Assembly: GCA_964035545.1 (NCBI GenBank) | Contig: CAXIUT010000217.1 | Location: 1 to 28,554 of the forward strand | DNA from: Bugula neritina | Taxonomy: Eukaryota > Animalia > Bryozoa | Length of the DNA stretch: 28,554 nt | Direction of reading: 5' to 3' | Notes under the pieces: model-generated | Seen by the model: the letters and a program-made list of their open reading frames with translations, nothing else | Told to the model about the DNA's origin: nothing | The model's database searches: none | In this document: positions 21,035-28,554 of the stretch, piece by piece | Layout: each line of letters starts with the position of its first letter | How positions within the stretch are numbered: position 1 is the stretch's first letter | Position numbers and translations under genes: made by a program

Positions 21035-24000
21035 TCACCAAAATATACACCAATTCTAGAAATGTTGCACCAAGTTCTAAGCAGACATCGCCTCTCTTAT
21101 CAACTTCTACACATGCTTAGCCTAGCTCATTCCCAACTAGTTCTTATCTCCATCTCTCCCCAATAGCTTATTCCTTATTATCTTCAATATATGTCTTGTA
21201 CTTTTGACTCCTTCTCTTTACAAGTAAATGTAAGTCTACTATCTCTAAACATCTCCGTCCGGCAATATCGCATCAACGCCTTCCCACTCCATATGCTATA
21301 ATCTCACTTCTCCCTACTTCTCACCTTTTGAAGTCAACTTCCATCCGAAAAGAGGATCATACTTAAAAGCCTAAACTATGACCAAAATAGATTCTTTATT
21401 TATCCTCAAAACCTTCATTATTTTTTCACAGGTATGCCTGAATATTCCCATCAGTTCTACAAGCTTCCATAGTATTAACTAGCATTCTAGTCAACCTAAA
21501 AGGTACTTTTTAAGGAAAAACTTTTCTCATTTTATTGACTTAAAAACAATCCCCAAAATCAATATGAACTACTTTCCAAGTATCTCTCTGAATCATGATA
21601 TTAAAAGGATGTCTATCACCTAACCCAATAATATATCCCACTATCGACATAACAGCCAAACTTCTAATAAAACAAGATCGATTCCTCAACCATTTCTAAC
21701 TAGTTTAAGCCCTCTTGCACATAATATTCCTCAAATCCATCCCAGAAACCTGCTATACCACCTCCCTGTATATCTCAATTTTGTGATATTTCTACACTTA
21801 AGGGTATTTTGGATAAATGTGTCTGCATAATTTGCTTTATATTTTGCCGTGTTCAACTCTTACGCCATTTGAATATCTGTATTATTGGATCAACTATCCC
21901 ATTGTATCGCAATTTTAGACCCAAGATATAATACCGATTTATAATGTGATAGGAGTGATTGAATATCCCTGGATAGAATAATTTTATTTATCAGAAGGAC
22001 TATGAAACATCTTATTAATAAAAGTAAATAACTGCATGATTCGCTAATCCAACCTGAGATCTTATTTACCTTTTATCAAATAGTTATACTACTTGCCATC
22101 AGAACCTATTATGACCACCTTCTTTGGACGCTGCTTCGAAGGTATCACTTGAATCTCATTCTTAAAAGAATCTATTGTCACATTTGGATAGTGAGGAGAA
22201 TAACTTCCAAATAAATATACCTTTGATTGCTTTATTTTGAATAATTTATCAGAAGCCTACTATAAAAATATTGTCCTAATTGAACTTAAAGTCTATTTTT
22301 GCTCGAGCCTTTATCTATCTCACAGTACTAATCGCCTACTAAAAATAGTAGTCATCTTATGATTACTTGAATATCACCAAATATTGAACTACTTTTCCAA
22401 ATGCTGATTTTTATGATTGAATAAATCCAAATTCACTGGCTGATAGCTCTACTTCACCTTCACTTAAGACTCCAGAACAAAATTACATTATCTTATTGGC
22501 CAATATATTGCGATTAACCTTAGTATCTTCAGCCGTCCGAACCATCTTCTTCATAAACAAAAATACCTTCTCACTCAACTTCAAACTTATCTTACATATC
22601 TCCTCAACAATCTCCTAGCCAGCCAAAAACAACTCCTCAACCTCTCTCCGACTAACACCTTCCTCTTTTTTACCTACTCCTTCTTTGACTTCCTCCTCAG
22701 ATACCTTTCTGATGATCTACTAAGCCAGTTCCTTTTTAGTTTAACTTTTATACCACCTTTTCATATATATCAAAGGAAACAATAAAGTTTGAGGATGCTA
22801 TCTCCCGATATACACAATGATATCTTTCATTAGTTCCATATATGAAGGACTCTAATTATCCAATCTAGCGATCAACTGGGGTATAATTTCTATCAATCCA
22901 TCCCTAGGAATATCTTTATAATTAAATTTCAACTAATCAATCAATTTAGCAGAATTGTTACTTTCGATATCAAGTTCAGTATCTTCAAACAATCCTACAA
23001 AAAGTATTTATTCTAACGCTAACGATAAGTTACAGAACGAATAAAACACTTCAATGAACTCAGCATATATTCAATTCGCTTTTATGTAAAACTGCGATCA
23101 TCCAAGTCAGATTTGTTCTTCTACATTGATTACTATAGCTGAGCTGGCTTCTTCTACTGTTTGACCTTCTTTCGCTATTCTTAATCAAATACATCCAATA
23201 ATTTTATATTCAGTAAACCCATATAATGAGATAATTCATAATAGTCTTTCAAACCAGAAAAGGATTTAAAAGTTTTTAGCAGTGAGTTTCCATTGTCCCA
23301 TTTATATCATTTACTACTATATAGCTCTTTCAGCATATTTTGAATAAATCTAGAAGACAAGAGCCTGTGATTGTTAGTCTTAGATTTTGAGGGAATTTAT
23401 TTTATTCTGAATCACTTCAAAAGCATCTTCATTGGTCACTACCAGTTATAAAATTTATATTTCTAGAGATATGAAAAACAACTATAATTCTTTGTTCTTA
23501 TCTACTATCTACAACTCCTTTAACTGCCTATAAGTCAATTTAGCTAGATATTTCTGATTATCCCTCAAAGCCAATTTACAAAACCTTATCCAATTATCCA
23601 AATCCTCCTCTTTAGACAACAACAAACTGTGTACTGTCATCATTTTTTGCATTTCATACAAAGAATTCTTAAATCCCTGCAAACGATCATCCCACAATCC
23701 AATCAACTCTCTCTTATACTCCCCACTCCTATTTTACCCCTCTCTCAACAATCTAGACTAACATCCACGATAAAATCCAACAATCTACTCCAATTCTGAT
23801 ACCTGCTGTAGTATCAACACTCCCTTCATACTTTTGTCATAAGATAAACTAAACATCTGTCTTATCTTATGGTTCATTCCTTCACGAATTGCTCCTATCA
23901 TCTTCTATGCCTACTAGTATCTCTTTTAATATATCTTTAGCATTGTTAACCAGATTGTTACGTCTTCACTTTTCTTATTCTATTCGATAAAAGGTGTCCA

Positions 24001-27000
24001 AGTTTTAGCCTCTTACCATTTGCCTAGATTGATAGCTGCTTCAATTGCAAAATGAGCAAATTTACCCTTACTAACACTCGACTTTAAATTTTCTTTCTAA
24101 ATTCTTTTGTAAATTGACTACCAATCACAAGTATCTCTTTTTAATTCTAGCTATAAAAAGTTCAATCCCTTGTCTCGTCTACTTCCTTCAATTCCTTTCT
24201 TTTCTTTCTTTTCTTTTTCTTTCAAATTATTCAATTATTACAAAAACTAAACAGTTGGATTCAATTTCTGAGTCAACTTGTATGTACTATCCTTATTTAA
24301 TCCTTCATTTACACTTCTAAAAAGCCCAACAGTCGATTAACGCTATCCTATTTTAAGCATATTTGTCTATTAAACTATCTCGGTACACTTCTGGATCATT
24401 TAAAACTATCTCTAGAGATAAAATAAAGCCTTCACTGAGTCTTAAACATCAACTGATATGTCATAGAGTACAATATCTCGGATAAAAATAGGTATCTCAC
24501 AGCGTTAAGTAAAATATATACAATCTAGCAATTTTAGTCTGATTTTTAAAGATATTTACTTGCGTCTTAAGATCGTTTTTATTTTATCTGTCAGACGACT
24601 TACTTACTAAGATTAATTGTATTTTATTTTAACTTAGTTGAATCTTGTGAAATCTTCATAAGTATAGTAGGTATCTTCTTATTTTTTATAAAGACTTTTC
24701 CAAAAGAAATAAAAAGGCACTTACAAGAGATTAAAGCAAAATAGTTTATCATATGATGCCAAATCAGAACATGCCCTAAGTACATCTTCAGTAGAATGTT
24801 TAAATAATAAATAAGATATGTTGTCTAGCCATAATTAATCTGTTTCTGTTGAATAATTTTATCTCAAACAAAAACTTTAAAACTATTTTATAATTTTACT
24901 ACTGTCAGGCTCATCATTTCTTTCTATCTTTAAAGCATGTCTTTCTTTCTTTTCAACTATCCATAACTGATTTAACTATTATACTCCAAATAACTCTCCA
25001 AGATAATCTAGATTTGCTTCTCTTTTCAAATATCCTTAAACTTTTTGATACAACTGATGATAGAAATGTCCTCCACATCCATTATTTAAAATATTGATAA
25101 ATACTTAACATTATTTTCCATATTTGACCATCAAACAAACCATAGCATCAACTATTTTAGACAAAAATTGACGATCCTCATCTTTATAATTCTTACCACA
25201 ACTCCTTTCTTTAAACAACTTTATCTATCTATGAAAGTACATTATTAAAAATTGTCTAATAGCAGGTAAAAAATACTAAACAGATGAACAGATGTCAGTC
25301 AATTGCATAAGAAAAGTAACATAAATACTAATATTCCCCTTAGAAATACTATCTTTCGGCTAGTTAACTGCTCTTTGCTAGTGTTTTTAGTGATTATGAG
25401 AAAATAACTTTATTATATCTGTGAAAAACAAATGAAGGATTGAATCGATCTTAGATCCCAAGTTTATTATCACACGCAAACAAATAAATAGTTTTTGCTA
25501 GTAATTAGATTATACACTTTCAACTACAATCCTCTTGATCTTTATAATTAACCCAATCAAGTGCTACTATATCAATTATCCATACTTTTCAGTTACTATC
25601 TACATCAACCGAACCAACAACTCCTAACTTTTGCTACTCCAATTCTTCTTTAAATAGTATTCAAGAATAAATCCTGCCCATTCACTCATATCATGCCACT
25701 CCAACAACTCAAACAATATCTTCAAAACCTATCCTCCATACTTACCTTCTATTTCAAACAAACGTCCCATCAACAACTCATGCAACAACCTTTGCTACCC
25801 CCTACCCACCAATATAGGAATCAAGTTGTGCAAAGCAGTGATACTTTTAGCAAAAGTTGCCTCAACTATACTCAAAGATATGTTTCCAACCACTCTTACA
25901 AGAATATATTCAAGATAATTGTCTATTTCAACTACATTTCTTGATATCTTTTCCTCATTATAAAAACCATCTTCTATCACCATTCGTTTGTAACGAAGTA
26001 ACCCTTTCTAGAGAAAACCATAATATTCCCGAATAAAAAAAGTCTACCCAAATATCTCTCTAAAATTATCATATACACTAAGATGTCTTAAACCTAAAAC
26101 CTGCAGACCTCTGTATTATTCCTGTCTAACATAACCTAATCGACCAATGAGTCTTAACAACTGATTCTGGTAATAGTAGTAATGATCATCACTGAGTAAT
26201 ATTTGTCGAATAATATTATAAAGATTAGGAAAATGGAAATAAGGCAAAACTACATAACGACAACTTTATGCCATCTAGCATAAAGTCTAAACAGCCAATT
26301 TTTTTAATTATTTCTTCATTATTCTGAAATTAAGTATACTTATTGAATAATGACATAAACAAGGAATGTAACGTACCATTTTGACTGGCAATTTACACAT
26401 TAGTGCTTGAAATATTTTTAATATATACCCTGAAACACTATTCATCTATGGAGAATGATATTAAAGCGATCTTTGCAACTCCTAAATCAGTAACTAACAC
26501 AACTAATCCGCCTCTTTCTAAAAGTTTTAACCACGATAACGCATAATTTATCTAATAATTTGCAAACTAGTTCTTTTTTATATTGGACTCAACAGTGACT
26601 TAATGGCCAATCTATCAAAGATGACTTGATAGGTATTATTGAGAAAATTTCTATACTAATTATTTTTATCTTCCGCCAAATAACATATAACTTTAATACT
26701 AAATATCCTTATAACTATATCATTAGTAGCAAAATCCTAAAATAAAATATACTCATACTTACTCTCCCGATATATCGTATACACATCTCCCTCTTAAAAG
26801 AACCGAATCTGAAGATGCTAAACTATATACGATATCATCATTATCTTTAGCTACATCTACTATCCCACCAAATCTATTATATCACGAAACGCCTCACGCT
26901 ATTACTATCTGCCCAGCTAGTACTATCGGCAGAAATGGAAGTAGTGCAGACATACTAGGAGAATTTATTTTTTTAGTTCAGTCGAACACTGTTTCAGCAG

Positions 27001-28412
27001 TTTGTCGTCTCGAAGAAGAACTCGCTTGAAATCGTTGTATACCCTATCGAATTAGTTGAATTTGTATAAACGAATTGCCTTCAAACAAAATATCAAATTC
27101 TATGTCTTTATCTACTATTTTAACTTTGAAATAGTCCTAAATGAATGCAATTAGTTTTTTATCATTTTATACAGCAACTCTTCTATTTTATTACTCAACT
27201 AAAAAATATGATTAGCTCTTACCACTTCCAACAACCTGATTTTTTCCTCATGATTAAACCTATTTCCAAGAATTCTCTAGATCATAGCCGAAAACCCCTC
27301 CCGACTCAATATTCCTTAGGCCTGTTCTCGACTAAATTTGTACAAAACAATTCTAACAAACTAACAGTTCAAAGCAAAAACCTAACTACTCTCATATTGA
27401 TAATTAATTTTATTCATAATTGCCTTCTCCAATTCAGGTCTGATATACTAATCTATTGATATTGAACTAATAATAGAATTCACACACTTCTTTGGAGTAG
27501 ATCCTCGCTAAGATGACTACCATTTACGAATTATACTCAAAGCCAATCTAGATTTATATTGCTATAAAGATTAAGGCCAAATTATTTTAAATAAAGTCTA
27601 ACTTATTTTCTAAACTGATTACTATAGCATAGACCAGCCACAGTTTTGAACAGATTGAGCAGAATTGTACTCAACCAACATCTTCAATATCTGTTTCAAT
27701 GGATTTTACTGCACAACTTTGCCATGAGAATCAATATAAGTCAACAATAAAATATCCAACTTATCCAAAGAACCACTACTGCAACCAACCTATTCCTGAA
27801 TATACTGCTCTATCAATTTATCTATTTAGTGATATGTATACCATTTTTACGAGTATTGGCAAATTTGATAAAAATTCTAAATAAATCTATCACTCCTTAC
27901 ATCGATTCCTTAAATATCATTTTGTATTTAGATTGAAGTAGTCGAAAGACCAGAAAAGGAAAATAGTCAAATATTTAACAAAAAAAATAATAGTATTATC
28001 GATTCAAACTAAAACATCTATACATTTAAGCAGTCAACAATTCTTTTAGATGATTTTAAACCAAATATCGATGTTTATTACTACCAGTACATTGAAACAA
28101 ATCAATATAGATTTTAATGGTCTACTAGAATTGGTTGCTCCTCTCCCCGTCAAATATATACACCAGTAAACCAAATACCAACTCCAAAGCATCAGTCACC
28201 ATATAATATGACTCATCCTCACTGTTCGTCTTATCCATCTTGCCCATCCAACTCTTAACTGCACGACCAATAAATTACATCAAATCTATCTCACCAAAGA
28301 GATGCACTGAGGAAGATAAATTAAAAATCTAGTCTATCTTTTGACATATCCTGTCGATTTAAGATGATGTTAAAGACTTTCTTGTTTTTATCAACTATAT
28401 TATCTACTACAT
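21035..28412 (-). CDS. TOR: TOR-family PIKK serine/threonine kinase (HEAT-FAT-FRB-kinase-FATC), ~2450 aa, divergent; one 20-nt intron; four single-base frame breaks
   Basis: Kinase motifs: [75 protein letters not shown] motifs: [28 protein letters not shown]: [26 protein letters not shown]. Confidence 0.95.
27822..27841 (-). other. 20-nt intron
   Basis: gtatacatatcactaaatag. Without splicing, the frame hits TGA just downstream; with splicing, it runs >4.5 kb. Confidence 0.88.
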
Positions 28413-28455
28413 TTGATGATTATCTATTGATATCTATATTTTCTTATCAAATAGA

Positions 28456-28554
28456 GGGGTTGGGGTTGGGGTTGGGGTTGGGGTTTGGGGTTGGGGTTGG
28501 GGTTGGGGTTGGGGGTTGGGGTTGGGTTGGGTTGGGGTTGGGGTTGGGGTTGGG
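28456..28554. repeat. Right telomere, (TTGGGG)n
   Basis: G4T2 repeats to the end of the window, with a few length variants (TTTGGGG, TTGGGGG, TTGGG). Confidence 0.99.

Noticed and set aside
22990-23002. TAG at a position where TOR usually has Gln (FL-TAG-DCLK vs LQDTLR), suggesting UAG=Gln or a split UAA/UAG code
   Set aside because: It is a single site in a divergent protein. Several invariant-Glu sites and the SAXO repeats support Glu for both codons.
21035-28412. Pseudogene interpretation from the many in-frame TAA/TAG codons
   Set aside because: The TAA/TAG codons fall on conserved Glu positions and in-frame TGA is avoided. This is code reassignment, not decay.
202-28412. Functional clustering of trafficking genes (BRO1, FAIM-like, Exo84-like, TOR) or ciliary genes (SAXO, CFAP46)
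   Set aside because: These categories are abundant in ciliate genomes, and one chromosome gives no evidence of non-random clustering.
118-28455. Telomerase RNA template, internal telomere, tRNA, rRNA, transposon, IES or CRISPR array
   Set aside because: By-eye reading found no internal CAACCCCAA tract, cloverleaf, terminal inverted repeats, transposase ORF or repeat-spacer array. Nearly all sequence is accounted for by host genes.
28480-28535. Variant telomere repeats suggesting a Paramecium-like mixed telomerase product
   Set aside because: The variants are homopolymer length changes, not the TTTGGG substitution, and the left telomere is uniform. This is consistent with read error.

Overview
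The window is a complete telomere-to-telomere ciliate macronuclear chromosome, with (CCCCAA)n on the left and (TTGGGG)n on the right. It uses a non-standard code in which TAA and TAG both encode Glu and TGA is the only stop (the peritrich nuclear code, NCBI table 30), so the supplied standard-code ORF track is mostly fragments or shadow ORFs. Hand re-translation gives 11 tightly packed genes (spacers 21-111 nt): a BRO1-domain protein, a Zn-finger/coiled-coil/SPRY-like protein, a SAXO/STOP-family protein, a long coiled-coil protein, CFAP46, a tail-anchored coiled-coil protein, a small coiled-coil protein, a cNMP-binding protein, a FAIM1-like protein with endocytic motifs, an Exo84/Vps51-like tether, and a divergent TOR kinase. 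The genes contain tiny GTA...AG introns (7 of 20 nt, 2 of 21 nt, 1 of 22 nt). Seven single-base frame breaks, mostly at homopolymers, most likely reflect read or consensus error. One ~620 nt interval (1374-1991) is unresolved. All homology calls come from remembered motifs, not database searches.
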